A stretch of DNA of 64,000 bases from Eledone cirrhosa. Taxonomy: Eukaryota. Position 1 is the first letter of the stretch, and each line of letters opens with the position of its first letter. Shown piece by piece: positions 27,240 to 41,695 of this stretch. The translations under genes were made by a program, and so were the position numbers. The notes beneath the pieces are model-generated. The model saw only the letters and a program-made list of their open reading frames with translations. It was not told the origin of the DNA and searched no databases. The stretch covers positions 198,896,001 to 198,960,000 of the forward strand of contig OZ024743.1 of the NCBI GenBank assembly GCA_964016885.1. Reading direction: 5' to 3'.

Positions 27240-27595
27240 GTCACCTCAGGCGTACTTGGACCCCGTGCTGCCGAGCTCCTCCGCAAGATCAGAGCGTCAG
27301 TGACCCGACTCAGGAGGGAGCCCTGCGAGGTTGGGTGGCTGTTGCAGCGGGTGTCAGTGGCCATCGTCCGCGGGAATGCTTTAGCCGTCTTGTCCGCAGG
27401 GCGTAGCACTTCTGCCCTCTTGCCCTATACCCAAAGCACAATCACCCTCCCCCTTCACCCTCCTCTCTCTTCTGCGACACCAGAGCTCTTGCCATCTCCT
27501 CTCCCTTCCCGTTCTTTTTCTTCTTTCTTTCTCTCTTTTTTCTCTATATTTCCCTATTCTTTCTTTCCTTTTGTTTCCCTTTTTTTTTATTATTG
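27240..27595 (+). mobile_element. 3' end of a CRE-like (restriction-like endonuclease) non-LTR retrotransposon
   Basis: VTSGVLGPRAAELLRKI...GWLLQRVSVAIVRGNALAVL matches the CRE C-terminal pattern ETxGxxGPxA...LxQRISxAIQRGNA; pyrimidine-rich 3' UTR follows. Confidence 0.7.
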
Positions 27596-27694
27596 CCGTC
27601 ATTATAGTTGTCGGGGTCGATAAAATAAAGTACCAGTAATACACTGTATAATTGCTGACCTTGTACCAAAAGTAGAAACAATTATTACCATTCT

Positions 27695-27772
27695 ATATTG
27701 TCCTGTACTGTCCTTAATGTCTTACTTTGTGTAAACCCTTGTGGTTAATAAAGAAAGCATTATTATTATTGT
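27695..27772 (+). mobile_element. LINE 3' tail fragment
   Basis: ...cccttgtggttAATAAAgaaagc(att)n, same style as the L1/Tx1 tail at 44915-44960. Confidence 0.6.
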
Positions 27773-28563
27773 TACTGTAAATAATTGTTTCTACTTTAGG
27801 CACAAGGTCAGCAATTACCCAGTACATTACTCAGTAAATAATATCATGATTTTAACCTATAGCCTGCATTTTTTCGATATTTGAAACAGCATATTCTATG
27901 AAATAGAAAAAAACAATTTCATTTTCTTTTTTAAAACCTAACATCCTGTTATCATTTTACTCAGTGGAAACAGTGAAGTGAAAGTTTATTGAGTAAATAT
28001 ACACTGTATATTACCATACACATTATTGTTTTTATTAAATAGCTTAGTCAGAGGAAGAAAAACAATGACCAAGCCTTTTTTCTTGGGCATCCTAAATTAA
28101 CGGAAGGGTAGAAGAAATCATAGACAAGAAACTTAATCCGAATGCTGGCAAGAGAGTGGACTGTGTTAAAGACACCCAAGAGATAGGCAATGATGTCAAA
28201 CCGGACGACGAAGTAAATATACCACATGTTCCCAACATTTAAACTGCAAAATGAGAAGCACAATGTTATAATGCGGACTTCTTCATCGTCTAGGACAGGA
28301 GTGAGTACCATGAAAATATAACTGTGATGGTTCAAGGAAAAGAAAATTGAGAAAAAATCAATTGAAAAATGTCGAAAAGGAAAATATAAAACTGTAAACT
28401 GAATCTATATATAGCAGAAGGATAAAGAGTAAATGCTTTTATAGCCTATAGACAGGATATCCACACATATAACATACACACACAGACATGCACAGACACA
28501 CACACTATTATACATATGTGTGTGTGTACGTGGACGAAAACTTACAAATATACTATGCAGATG

Positions 28564-28619
<56 letters not shown>

Positions 28620-28708
28620 TAATATATATATATAAATATTTATATATATAAATATATATATATAATATGTATATATCTTTTTTATATATAATATATATAT
28701 ATATATAA

Positions 28709-28803
<95 letters not shown>

Positions 28804-29597
28804 GTATATGTATATATATAATGCGTTGTATTTTTCTTCTCAATTTCCTATTCCAATAAAACTTACTGGAAGTTGATTAATATTTAGTCACCGCCAGAAG
28901 GTAACATATCATTCAACTTCCTTTCAAATCCACTGACTTTTCCTGTGCCCGTTTCTCTCTTGAGACTTTAGTTTGTAGTTTTGTAATAATATACAGTTTT
29001 ATTTCAAACTGAATAACGCTCATAGTTAATGTAAGTTGTTCATATCATCTTGCTTTTTCTTTCGATCATACACAATTCCAAATGTATGGCTTTTGCTGAT
29101 CCTATTCAGTGCTCTTAACACGACTGCCTTAAAGCATTATTTTCAAGCAGTAATGTTTACATAGACTATAGAATTGTTGTCAAGGCCAGATTTAGCTTTG
29201 ACCGAAGAAATCAATGTTTGACTCATACGAATCGTGATTATATAATTGTTTCATTCAAATATAATGTATATTATATGTCGAACTACATTATGCAATGTAT
29301 CCATCTTGTTCCCAGATATTCACAATATAAACTGCTGACTTGGTATTTTTTTGTTATCTGAAATAACCTTGTCAGAATTTTTCGTAAAGGAAAAGAGAAT
29401 GTTGTTTTCATATAACGTTTGACGACATTCACCTCAGCTTCATTTCATCGTACAAAACCATTTATATATATATATTTTCATATCTAAAACCTTGCAAAAC
29501 AAATTCATGTATATATATATATATATATCCTGCTATGTATATAAGCATTTCTAACATTAATTTTTACCTAATTATGTGTGGTTGACCGTATATTTAA

Positions 29598-29805
29598 TTA
29601 ATTTCCACGTGCTGTTGAAATGTTGGGTAAATATTCTATAGCGGTTGGACGCGAAGACGCCGCTCTAGAGTATTTATTTACTGTTTCTTCATAGGTACAT
29701 TTTATTCTTATAGCCTGGTCTAATTGATTTTTTGTATGGTTAATTATGCTGATTGGGAGTAGAGATGATGTGTATATATTATCAAATAATTCTCTGGACA
29801 TGCTT
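29598..29805 (-). repeat. Dispersed repeat with coding-like conservation (second copy 30940-31112)
   Basis: Translations FDNIYTSSLLPISIINHTKNQLDQAIRIKCTYEET vs FDKIYTVFLLPISIINHIKNQLNEAISLKCTYEET. Confidence 0.65.
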
Positions 29806-29815
29806 TACTCTATAG

Positions 29816-29853
<38 letters not shown>

Positions 29854-29859
29854 TGTGTG

Positions 29860-30322
<463 letters not shown>

Positions 30323-30345
30323 ATTTGCAAAATAAATTCATCGCC

Positions 30346-30397
<52 letters not shown>

Positions 30398-30469
30398 TTT
30401 CTTATATATTGCTCTGATTGTTGATTATTTAATTAATTAATTCGTCATTGTTGCCAATGGTTGCCAAAA

Positions 30470-30518
<49 letters not shown>

Positions 30519-30698
30519 TCCGTCTAGTTTATGCATATGTAAGCCTCTATATTTTATATACTCACGTAAGGTTGAGTATAACTTTAGGCAGTATTCGGCT
30601 GCGCTTTCTAGCAACCAGCCTACTCGCCGTCAGGCACCAATCACAAGCTTTCTGACTTGACCACTGGCCATGTGACCATTCTTAGCCATTTTGAATTC

Positions 30699-30775
30699 GT
30701 TCCTGACGGGGATCATTTAAGAAAAATCTTTGTCCAATTGAGTTTGTTTCCTGATGATTTCGAAACTCGTTGATT
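30699..30775 (+). ncRNA. Degenerate hammerhead-like motif
   Basis: gttc CTGACGG ggatcat..atgatttc GAAA ctcg TT gatt; a second CTGATGA lies at 30751. Confidence 0.4.
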
Positions 30776-31120
30776 TATCCATGATCGGATATTTCCAAAA
30801 AGCGAATGAAACCTCAAGTGGTAGAAACATAATTTTGGTATGTTTATGTACATTTTTTCTTCTAACTTTTATTTTGTACCTAATTGTGTATGGTTAGCTA
30901 TATGTCTAGTCAATTTCTACGGGTTATTAGAAATACTAGGTAAAACTTCTGTGGCTGTGGATCGCGGATAAAATAGCTATCATTTATTTTTCTATTGTTT
31001 CTTCATAGGTACATTTTAAACTTATAGCCTCGTTTAATTGATTCTTTATGTGGTTGATTATGCTGATTGGGAGAAGAAATACTGTATATATTTTATCAAA
31101 TGATTCTATGGACTTATTTT

Positions 31121-31161
<41 letters not shown>

Positions 31162-31203
31162 ATAATAATAATAATAATAATAACAACAATAATGATAGTA
31201 ATG

Positions 31204-31577
31204 ATTTCATTTATTGGCCACATATAGGGGGGGGACAATACAATAGACAGGGGCAGTGGGGGTTTGTTTACATATAAAAAAACGTGTAAAAAATATATAT
31301 AACAAGAACAAAATAACAAGAAAAATACAACAATCAAAAATTCCCCAATTGCGGGGTGAACCATCAAGGGCCGACTCAGATACTCCACCAATCCTGAACC
31401 CCCCAGCGATTCGAGAGCACTCCTCTACTCCCGAAATTCACCAGCCTACAGGCGCATGATTAGAGTAGGCCCACTCACCACATTCACCAACCTTTTAGCA
31501 CATGTACTGAGGGCAGCACTTCTCTCTCCACCCTCACCTTCTTTTCCAAGTGAAATTTGAAATGGTTGATGAGGGAT
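31204..31577 (-). mobile_element. 5'-truncated L1/Tx1 LINE 3' end
   Basis: Minus strand LINHFKFHLEKKVRVEREVL is homologous to LVFFFKYHFRRRIRMERGVL of the LINE near 44580; ends AATAAA + (ATT)n. Confidence 0.8.
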
Positions 31578-31685
31578 TGTGTTTATTCACACATGCCCCG
31601 CGTTTCGCGATCGATCAACTCAAAGTACTGATCGGTATGGATCAAGCCTGATTTGGAATAGCTCATCAGACTTATAGACATCCTG

Positions 31686-31709
31686 GTGCTGCTGCTGCTG
31701 CTGCTGCTG

Positions 31710-31760
<51 letters not shown>

Positions 31761-31789
31761 TAGTGCTGCTGCTGCTGCTGCTGCTGCTG

Positions 31790-31843
<54 letters not shown>

Positions 31844-31882
31844 TAGTGGTGCTGCTGCTGCTGCTGCTGCTGTTACTACTAC
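31686..31882. repeat. Duplicated (GCT)n(ACT)n compound microsatellite
   Basis: Direct reading, ~2.5 units. Confidence 0.9.
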
Positions 31883-31983
31883 TCTGTATCATATTTATTA
31901 TACCATTGTCACCGAAAACTTTCTAGATTTATATTTTCTTTCATTTAACTAAGGCCTTTTACATTTCAATGAATCGGAAGCTC

Positions 31984-32059
<76 letters not shown>

Positions 32060-33015
32060 TCTCTCTCTCTCTCTCTTCCACCCTCTCTCAATGTTTCTTT
32101 CACTGATGTCTAAACAGCACGATCTCATGAAGACAGTTGCACTAATTGATAGAACGCTTACTGAATAATTTGTAATTAAATATATTGTATATGGGTTTAA
32201 ACAATGATGTTTTATTGTTGCAGCATTAATCTCTATTTCATTAACTACCATCTTTTATATCAATATACCTAAGGATTTTACATCTTACACTGAGCTCTAT
32301 GTAAATGTCAATGTGTTTAAACTTAAATGGCTAAAAGCCAAAACTAAATGCACAAATAACTTCAGTTAGAAACACTACGATATGTTGGTGGTATGTTGAA
32401 TGTAATATATTAGTTCTTGTATAGAGTTAGTAGATATACAACAGAAATAATGATTTGTTCGTTAGAGAATGTTAACTATGGCTTAATCCTAAATTTCGAG
32501 AGAGATAGAGGGGGTGGAGAGAAAAGTAGGAGAATCTGGGGGAGAGCGTCATTGAGTTGGTTCAACACATTAAATAGATTCTGTTGATCTGAAATTTAAA
32601 GAGAGATCTTGGAAACGGTATGAATAAACTGAAATACAACTGAATAAATGTAACAAAACAAAAACAACAACAATAATAAAACGAACTTAAAAAATGAATA
32701 AATTAAATAATAACAAAAACAAAATAAAAAGGAAAGAAAAAAGGAACAGGAAGTAGATTTTTAAACATAAGAACGTGAAAATAATTTGATAACTCATTGG
32801 ATTTGATTTCAATTCTTAAGTATTTCTTTACATCCAAAAGTCTGTTTGTAATTAAGCAACAGCCATTATGTTTTTTCGACTCCAGTCGTCAGACATCCAT
32901 CAGACTGTGGCAAGTATTTTTTAATTATTTTTTTCCATTTTTTGTTTCGTTTTTTTTTTTTTTTTTTTTTTTACGTTTGTTGGTTTTTTTTTTATATTAC
33001 ACCTTCCTCAAGGGA

Positions 33016-33098
<83 letters not shown>

Positions 33099-33227
33099 CG
33101 ACAACAACAACTACTACTACTAGGAAGAGGGAGGAGGAGAAGGAGGAGGGGAGGAGGGGGAGGAGGAGGAGGAGGAGGAGGAGGAAGCGGATCGAAATAT
33201 TACTAATGAAAACAACAGCAATGATAA

Positions 33228-33355
33228 TAATTGTTTCTACTTTAGGCACAAGGCCAGCAATTACCCAGTACATTACTGGTACTTTATTTTATCGACCCCG
33301 TAAGGATGAAAGGAAAAGTTAACCTCGGCGGGATTTGAACTCAGATTGTAAAGGG
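33228..33355 (-). mobile_element. tRNA-derived SINE (main family), truncated
   Basis: Core match; a diverged relative lies at 33600-33725. Confidence 0.9.
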
Positions 33356-34093
33356 AAGAATAATGATTTCAATGTGTGTGTGTAGTGGTGGTGATGGTGG
33401 TGGTGGGGGGGGGGGGAATGATATCGATAAAGAACCTGACTGGTGAATAATTCTATTGACACCGATAGGAGGAAACACAAAACTGACCTCGGGGAGATTT
33501 GAACTCAGAATGTTATAGGCCATAACTAATGCCGCAAACCATTATCTCCTGCACCTTAATGGACACTAATGATAATTATTTGTTGGTGAATGGGAAATTC
33601 AATTATACCGCCCTCAGTATATAACTGGTATTTTAATTCTTCGACTCCGCACGAATGAAAGTCAAAGTTGACCCCGGTGTTGTTTGAATCCCGAATGTAG
33701 GAAGTCGTAACTAAATACTGCAGGTTATTTTGTACAACGTTCTGCTGACACCACTGATACTACTAAACCACCTTTCTTGATCAACAAACATTAACAGCAG
33801 CAGCAATAACAACAACAAAATATATCAGTGACAGCAACAACAACATCAAGAATATGAAGCCATCGATGAGATCTCTGCAAGAAATAATAAATAAAACTTC
33901 CTCTAATTTAATATTACCAGGACAAATTGTATAATGTTAGCCGTAAACAATTCTAATATTAAGACGGTATGATCATAGCTGGATTGTCTTTTGCATATAA
34001 ATCAGGGGTTTATGAATATAACTAGGGTTAAACAACCACAACAACCATAAAACATGAATGTCGATGTGTATAATGAGGGTGAAAAGCTGAAAG

Positions 34094-34217
<124 letters not shown>

Positions 34218-35072
34218 GGCGAAAGAAGAGAAAAGGAGATGATGGAAATTAGGGGTGGATAGAGAAGAAAGTGGGTTACAGAGTGTAGTGGAATAAATAG
34301 GGCGAAAGATGGCAAAATAGCTGAAAATAAGGGCTAAAAGGGGGAAAAAAGAGGAGAAAGCGGGGAGAAGGTAAGTAAATATATTAAAATATGGGAGGAC
34401 TGGGGTAAACAGGGATAAATAAGATGAAAGAACCCTCACGTTGCTGAAAGAGGGAAAACGACGAAAGGGAAATAGAGTGATCCAAAGAGGAGTAAAAATG
34501 GTCAAATAGGGTGAAAGAGAACAAAAAGTACAGAAAGCCGGGGTAAAAGTTTGAGGGAGAGAAAAGTGGTTGAAAGAGGGTAAAGAAAGCGAAGAGGGCC
34601 AACTATTCCACTTTCCTTCTTCCTCCTCCTTTTTTCCTCGGTTCTTTTCTCCTTCCTCCACTTTTACACTCCTCAAATCTTTTAGACCCCATCTAGACCA
34701 GTTCCTCCATATTAGCACATATGTACACTCATTTGCCATCCTTACTTCACTTTCTTTCTTTTACTTCTCTCCCCTCCCTATTCTCCCTCCTCTACACAAA
34801 CTAACGATATTATGGTCGTGAGCCGAATACACTAACAATAAGCCACCAACCTACACTGTCAATGTACATCAACAATACACCCAAAGCATACAGTTTTATC
34901 GTCGGCAGGTTCAGAAAACTAAGCTCCGTCACATCAGCTGAAATTGTAGCAATGTTGCCACCATACAAGCTACTTAGTTGCGTATTATTAAATTTCTAAT
35001 GTTAATACCACTCGTACAGATTTTTTCTTTCTTTCTAATAAGTTAATACAGATGGCAGGTACACACACACGC

Positions 35073-35188
<116 letters not shown>

Positions 35189-35307
35189 GTGTGTGTGTGT
35201 GTGTGCGTGATTGTGGATTGTGTCTGTGTCTGTGTGTATGTGTATCTGTGTGTGTGTTTGTGTGTGCATCTCTGTGTACACTAACACACAGACACATATT
35301 TGTATAT

Positions 35308-35398
<91 letters not shown>

Positions 35399-35572
35399 TA
35401 ACCTGTTTAGCTTGTTTCTTGTTTTTGGCTCCGCTGGCTAACAGCTTCATGACCGACGTTTTCAGTTTGTTTGGCCTCTATAACGTATCTTAATTGCTCT
35501 GGTCTTCCTTTAGTCCATTGAGCGCTTGCCACATATCTCGAAAATTGCGATCTCGCTGAAATTATTATTATT

Positions 35573-35725
35573 TTTTTAAATATATTTATTTGGTTCCTTT
35601 ACCGTTTTCGCAGTTCTTGTAGAATTTAGATGTAGGGTTTGTGGTTTTTCTCCTAAATTCTACTTTTGGAGAGCACAAGAACTGCGAAATCGGTGAAGGA
35701 ACCAAATAAATATCTATTTAAAAAA
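35573..35725. repeat. Inverted repeat in a (TA)n-bounded island (possible PLE end)
   Basis: 35573-35620 / 35676-35725; contains gcgaaaWcggtRaagg..aataaa, resembling an HHR 3' half. Confidence 0.7.
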
Positions 35726-35768
35726 AAAAGACTCCAGTTGCATTTTTTCGATTGCATAATATACACAT

Positions 35769-35822
<54 letters not shown>

Positions 35823-35843
35823 GTGTGTGTGTGTGTGTGTGTG

Positions 35844-35891
<48 letters not shown>

Positions 35892-35895
35892 TTAT

Positions 35896-36018
35896 TTGAG
35901 TTCAAATCCCGCCGAGGTTGACTTTGCCTTTCATCCTTACGGGGTCGATGAAATAAAGTACCAGTAACGCACTGGGTAATTGCTGGCCTTGTGCCTAAAG
36001 TAGAAACAATTATTATTA
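35896..36018 (+). mobile_element. tRNA-derived SINE (main family), truncated
   Basis: B-box and core. Confidence 0.9.
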
Positions 36019-36162
36019 ACGAAGTTCGTTAATACTATTTCAATAGTCCTCGGCCAACGTCTAGATCACTCAATGAATCTACCAGAATGCAGTAATGCAA
36101 CTGCAACTAGCTATTAAGAGTGCTTGCATTTTAGTCAATAGCAGGTACGGTGGCTGTGTTTT

Positions 36163-36197
<35 letters not shown>

Positions 36198-36383
36198 ATC
36201 TATTTTCTCTTCGCTTACTCACTTACATGTGCCATTGTCTTGTGTGTGTGTGTCCCCCCCTTTCTATCGGTATGTTTACTTCTTTTCTTACTTTTTTTCT
36301 TCTCTCTTTTTTCTTTCTTTCTCTCTCTTCGCTATCGCTTCTTTCCCTCGTGGCATTTTGATGGATAAAACGCTATGGGCGCG

Positions 36384-36472
36384 CTACGGATAGATGTTCT
36401 GCTTATAATGCGCCGAAACATCTGTGATCCGTAGTAAACAGCTGACGAAAGGAAACTGTCCATCTCTTGTTT
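36384..36472 (+). ncRNA. Conserved bulged hairpin plus minimal hammerhead-like motif
   Basis: ctacggat-agatgtt..aacatct-gtg-atccgtag, then aaacag CTGACGA aag GAAA ctgtccatc TC ttgttt. Confidence 0.5.
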
Positions 36473-37080
36473 GTGTCGCTTTAATTTCTAACACTAGTTA
36501 TCAGTAACCACACAGCCTCGCCTTCCTCAATCCATATTCATATATATATCTATATATAGAGAGAGAGATAGATATAGATATATATATAAACTTATTATTA
36601 TTGTCTGCCAACTAGCAGACCGTATAAGTTGTAAAATAGACTGGTTTACGCACGAGACTGGTCGCTAACCAGCGCGCTACTCTATATTGCTGTGTAATAG
36701 CTGTTGGCATTTAATGTCCAGAAAGGTTGTAGGCACTACCACTGTTACTATCGCGATTTTTTCGCCATGGGACTTGGAGACTAGAGCCGAATGCTACCAT
36801 TCTATTATACAGCGATGTGAAACTGCCTTTTCTAATAACCTATTTTTCACTAACTTATTGATTTAGACACGTTGGCTGAGAGCTTATGACGATAGCAGAA
36901 CTATTTGATTTCTAATCTCCTGCCATCGCGTAAATTTATAAATCGGATGCCGTCCGGGGGACAGCATTGTATCAGATCCCAGTTGCTAATCACTTTACTG
37001 TGTTGGCCGTCACAAGCAGTCATAGCCGGCACGGACTGGAGACGAATTCTGTCGATCGATTGGTTATTGATTAGACAAAA

Positions 37081-37191
37081 CCTGGTGATGGAGCCACATG
37101 CGCCGATTATGCATTGCTGCATAATATATGCGGACAAAGGGTGCAGTGCACCCTACTGCTGCATTAAATGTGGCTGAAACTCGAGTTCGGG
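37081..37191 (+). ncRNA. Degenerate hammerhead with branched loop II
   Basis: cctg GTGATGG agccacat..atgtggct GAAA ctcgag TT cggg; 8-bp stem II, palindromic stem III, two core substitutions. Confidence 0.5.
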
Positions 37192-37538
37192 AACTACTAT
37201 AGGTACCCGTTTACGTGTGTTGTATTGAAGCGAATAACTATGTTATACTCTGGGAGTGTATTTTACATTACCTATTGAGTACGCTGAGATGCAACCAGTC
37301 CTAGCTTTGACCTATGCTGAGTCCGTCAACTTCTTATTATATATATATATATATATATATACATGGTAAATTTGCACATGGAAAAAGACGTAACGCATGG
37401 GACGAAGGAACAAGAGCATACATCTTCCTCGTCTGCCAGGCCAATAAAAGTTCATGCATATGGGTGGAATTGCATTTGCGTGTGAGTGGTTAGAAAAAAA
37501 TAGCCACTTTCTTGTCCTTATGAAATGCGCAAAGGACC

Positions 37539-37665
<127 letters not shown>

Positions 37666-37889
37666 ATATATATATAGCTTTCGACCACCAGGATCCCATT
37701 GACGTCACTTGCTTAATGTGCCTTTGTTAAAGGTATCTAGGACTATATTGTCTAATGCATCTTTCATTTGAATTTAGCTGCTATTTCTCGCAGATTCAGC
37801 TATGAGTCAGTTATGAGGTTGGTGTCGAGCAAGTTAATATACAGTTTCTTTATTTTCAGAAGTATTATACATATTTCTTTTCAACGCCT

Positions 37890-37924
37890 TTCTCTGATAA
37901 AGGTCTTTGCTTGAAACATCTGAA
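37890..37924 (+). ncRNA. Decayed minimal hammerhead-like motif
   Basis: ttct CTGATAA aggtctttgctt GAAA ca TC tgaa. Confidence 0.35.
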
Positions 37925-38574
37925 TTCTCTTCATACAAACTGATCCACATTTATGAACTATACTTCATAAATCAATAATTATAATGAAATTAAAAACAAA
38001 ATTTTCTTTTCATTTGGCATATAGAAGAAAGGGAAAAGAGAGAGTAATTTTAGTGTTTATCGACATTTTAAAGTCTTTTTTTCTGAACTGTAGTTGAGCT
38101 CCAAAGAAATGACTGAGCTCAATTCAGTAGTGTTCAATGTTTAGTTTAAATTCTGGCATGTTAATTGTTTGAGGAGGAAGGAAACATTGTCGGGAATAAG
38201 AAGCTTCCTGTGAAAATGAACGTTCAACTGTGCTTGTGATAATGACAATGATGACGGCGACGATAATTACAGTGATGATGATGATGATGCATGTTGGGGT
38301 GATGGTGGTGATAGTGAAGATTGTGGTAGAAAATGTGGTGTTGAAGATGATGGAGATGAGGATTGGGATAAGGAGAAAAAGAAACAGGAGGAGCAGGAGA
38401 ATCTTCACATAACCCTGTGAGTGGTCTCGAATATATTTCTCTGCCTGCCTGTTTGTGAGGGGCCACATACGTGTACATGCGTGTATGTGACTATAATTAT
38501 TTTCGGATGAAACTGTAACTAAGTATATATGTATATATATATATATATATATGTGTATATGTATGTGTATATAA

Positions 38575-38641
<67 letters not shown>

Positions 38642-38837
38642 GGTGTGTGTGTGTGTGTGTTTGTATGTGTGTATGTGACTGTATGCATGCACGTGTGTGA
38701 GTGTGTGTCTCTGTGTGTAAATTTATATATGAACGCGTTTTGTACGTATGAGTATTTTACATTGTAGGAGTCAATGTGATTTTGTGTGTGCATGTATTTC
38801 TGATTGAATAGGTGTGTATGTATATATAAGAGAGAGG

Positions 38838-38929
<92 letters not shown>

Positions 38930-39026
38930 TGAAAAGAGCAGGTAAAGAACTTTTTATATTTCTGAATGTGTGCATGTCTTTAGAAAGGTTAATAGACATT
39001 TCCAGGTAATTGTTTGTGTATTTACC

Positions 39027-39058
<32 letters not shown>

Positions 39059-39339
39059 GCATTAGTGTAATTGTATGAGTGAAGAAAAGTGGTAAAGCAA
39101 TTATATATTTGTAAATATTTGCACGTGATTTAATATATATATGTATGTATGAGAGAGTGTGTGTGTGTGCTTGTAGGTGTACGTAATATATTATATATAT
39201 ATTACATTATATATATGTATATATACATATATATACATATATATGTATATATGCATATACATCGTTATATATATACATATACATCGTTTCTGTGTCAGTG
39301 TTGAACAAAAAGGTGACGATGGTTGCCTGAACACTGTAC

Positions 39340-39556
39340 GGCGTAATTCGGGCTGTTTGTTTACAAACAAACCGAGCGTTATAATAAATGTTCGGTAAAC
39401 CCATACGTACGTATATATATGTGTGCATGTATGTATATATATACATACTACTATACGTCTGTATACATATATGTATGTACGTATACCTACATACTTACAT
39501 TTAAGTACCAGCCGTACTAAGAGTGAGAAATGAAATTTCGTTTCATTCTTTTCCAT
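39340..39556 (+). repeat. Dispersed repeat, paralog of 57780-58083
   Basis: Shared gcgttataataaa...tacttacatttaagta...tactaagagtgagaaatgaaatttcgttttcattctttt. Confidence 0.85.
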
Positions 39557-39559
39557 ATA

Positions 39560-39677
<118 letters not shown>

Positions 39678-40219
39678 GAGAAGTTTCGTTTACATATGAA
39701 AAATATTTATTGCGTATCAACCTGTTACGCGTGTTTCGCAGAAGCTTGGCTCAAGGTGACCCATAGAAATCTGTCTGTCCATAGAGTGCTTGATTTGGTA
39801 CCAACACCAGTGTTTCATCGTAATACATACACTATTTCAGCCGCCACTGTATATATATATAATTTTTAAAAATTCATATTCTGTGCCTTTTTCTGAGGCA
39901 CAGAGCTTCTTCGCATTTGGTAAGAAACTGCCACCCACATCCCCGTTTACTATTCCAGCCCCACTCCCAACACGCTTATTAAATTTTGCTAATCTATCCC
40001 CGGTGCAATTTTATTGAAAGTGATTCGTATTGATACAGTAGCTGAACATTTTTTTAATATTTTTATTTTACATAAAAGAAAAACAAATACTCTATATGAC
40101 AAAAGAATAAAATTACAAGAAATCCCATATTTACAAACGTACACTATACAATTACTGATTTTCCAAGCCCCTCACAACATCATTGATACTCCTCCTATTA
40201 TTTGGGGCCCTAGAGTGCC

Positions 40220-40970
40220 ACCAAACTCTCCCCCTCTCTTTGTCTATCACACAAAACTCTCTTTTACTCCCCCTCTCTGTATCTACTAAAACCAAACTCT
40301 ACTACTCTCTATATCTACCACGACACCGACGCTATAGCTAAAACTAATACACTCTCTCACTTTCTATAAATATCTGCACTTGTCTCTCCCAATCCCCCTC
40401 TCTATATTGACTACACGGTACTCTCTTCCAATCCCCCTCACTATATCAATTAACAGCAGACTATATTCTCTCTATATGAATTAAAAGCAACCTAACCTCC
40501 TCCCCTCCATCATTATTTACTACGCGGAACTCTCTCCCAACACCCCTCTCTATATCAATTACCACCAAACTATCCCCCTCTTTCTCATTCTCTCTCACTC
40601 TATCCTCCTCTTTCTCATTCTCTCTCACTCTATCCATCACTACTAAACTCTCCCCCTCTCTATATATATCAATACCTATCTCTATCACTCTATTATAACC
40701 ACTATTATAACACACTATTTATAACCACCAAAATCTACCCTCTCTACATAAACCATACAACACACTCTCTCAATCCTCCCACTGTATCAATTAACACCAA
40801 ACTCTCCCCTCTCTATTACACGGAACTCTCTTCTAATTCCCCTCTATATCTACTACATGGTACTCTCTTCAAATTCCTCTCTCTATATCAATAAACATCA
40901 ATTTCTCCCCCTCTCTCTAACTAATATACAACACACTCTCCTAACCTTCCTCTCTATATCAATTACCACT
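40220..40970. repeat. Degenerate CT-rich tandem repeat
   Basis: Recurrent tctctatatcaattaccaccaaactctcccc-like units; resumes at 44963-45125 after the LINE. Confidence 0.75.
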
Positions 40971-41165
40971 TGATATAGACGTGATTTACTTCGCTCCGGA
41001 TTTTTACGGATTATTGTAAAAAAAACTGTGAGTTTATTGCTCAATTTAATAACATTGTTTAATTTAACCCCTTGCCTGGGCCGTCAGACGTTTAGTCAAC
41101 TAATTTTAGCCCCTTTCTGGGGCGAAATTTTCAATTTTCATCTCAAAACTGTAGACTTGGTGGCA

Positions 41166-41690
41166 ATGGATGCAATTTCCACCTCGCACACTGTCGTGAG
41201 TGCCACGCCCACTAAGAAAAGTGGTGGAGGGAAGGTAGGAGTACAAAGCTTGCAGCCTTCCCCCCTCACATCATCGAAAAACGTTAAAAATATCGAAACC
41301 ACGAAACCAAACCCGGTAAATAATACCAACACCAACAACAACAACAAGAACAATGACAATAACACCACAACCAACAACTGCAACAATAGCAACACCAAGG
41401 AAGACATGAACAATATTACCAACAGTGACAGCAACAAAAAAGACAACAACACCAAAACAACATTCGCACAGACTGTAAAAAAAAACGAACTATACACGCC
41501 AATAGACATAACAAATGCTAAACAACTATTACAAGACGCAAAACAATTCGTGACGTTTGGCGAAAACGATGCTTTTAGCATCAATTCTCCACAGGAATTA
41601 CGTAGAGAGGCTGTCCTGAAAACTGTGGTTTTCAGGACAATATCGAACGAAACAAGAAAACCAGCTCAATTATCACAAAATGAACGTCTC
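41166..41690 (+). pseudogene. LINE ORF1 N-terminal part
   Basis: MDAISTSH...Asn-rich...TFAQTVKK; breaks off directly into endonuclease sequence. Confidence 0.7.
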
Positions 41691-41695
41691 GCTCC

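Noticed and set aside
28108-28242. VEEIIDKKLNPNAGKRVDCVK, chromodomain-like start
   Set aside because: Lacks the aromatic cage residues (Y/F before VE, the YLVKW tryptophan, TWE); short frame.
36384-36434. SECIS element (some PLEs carry one)
   Set aside because: No AUGA...GA quartet in the correct 5'/3' arrangement on either strand.
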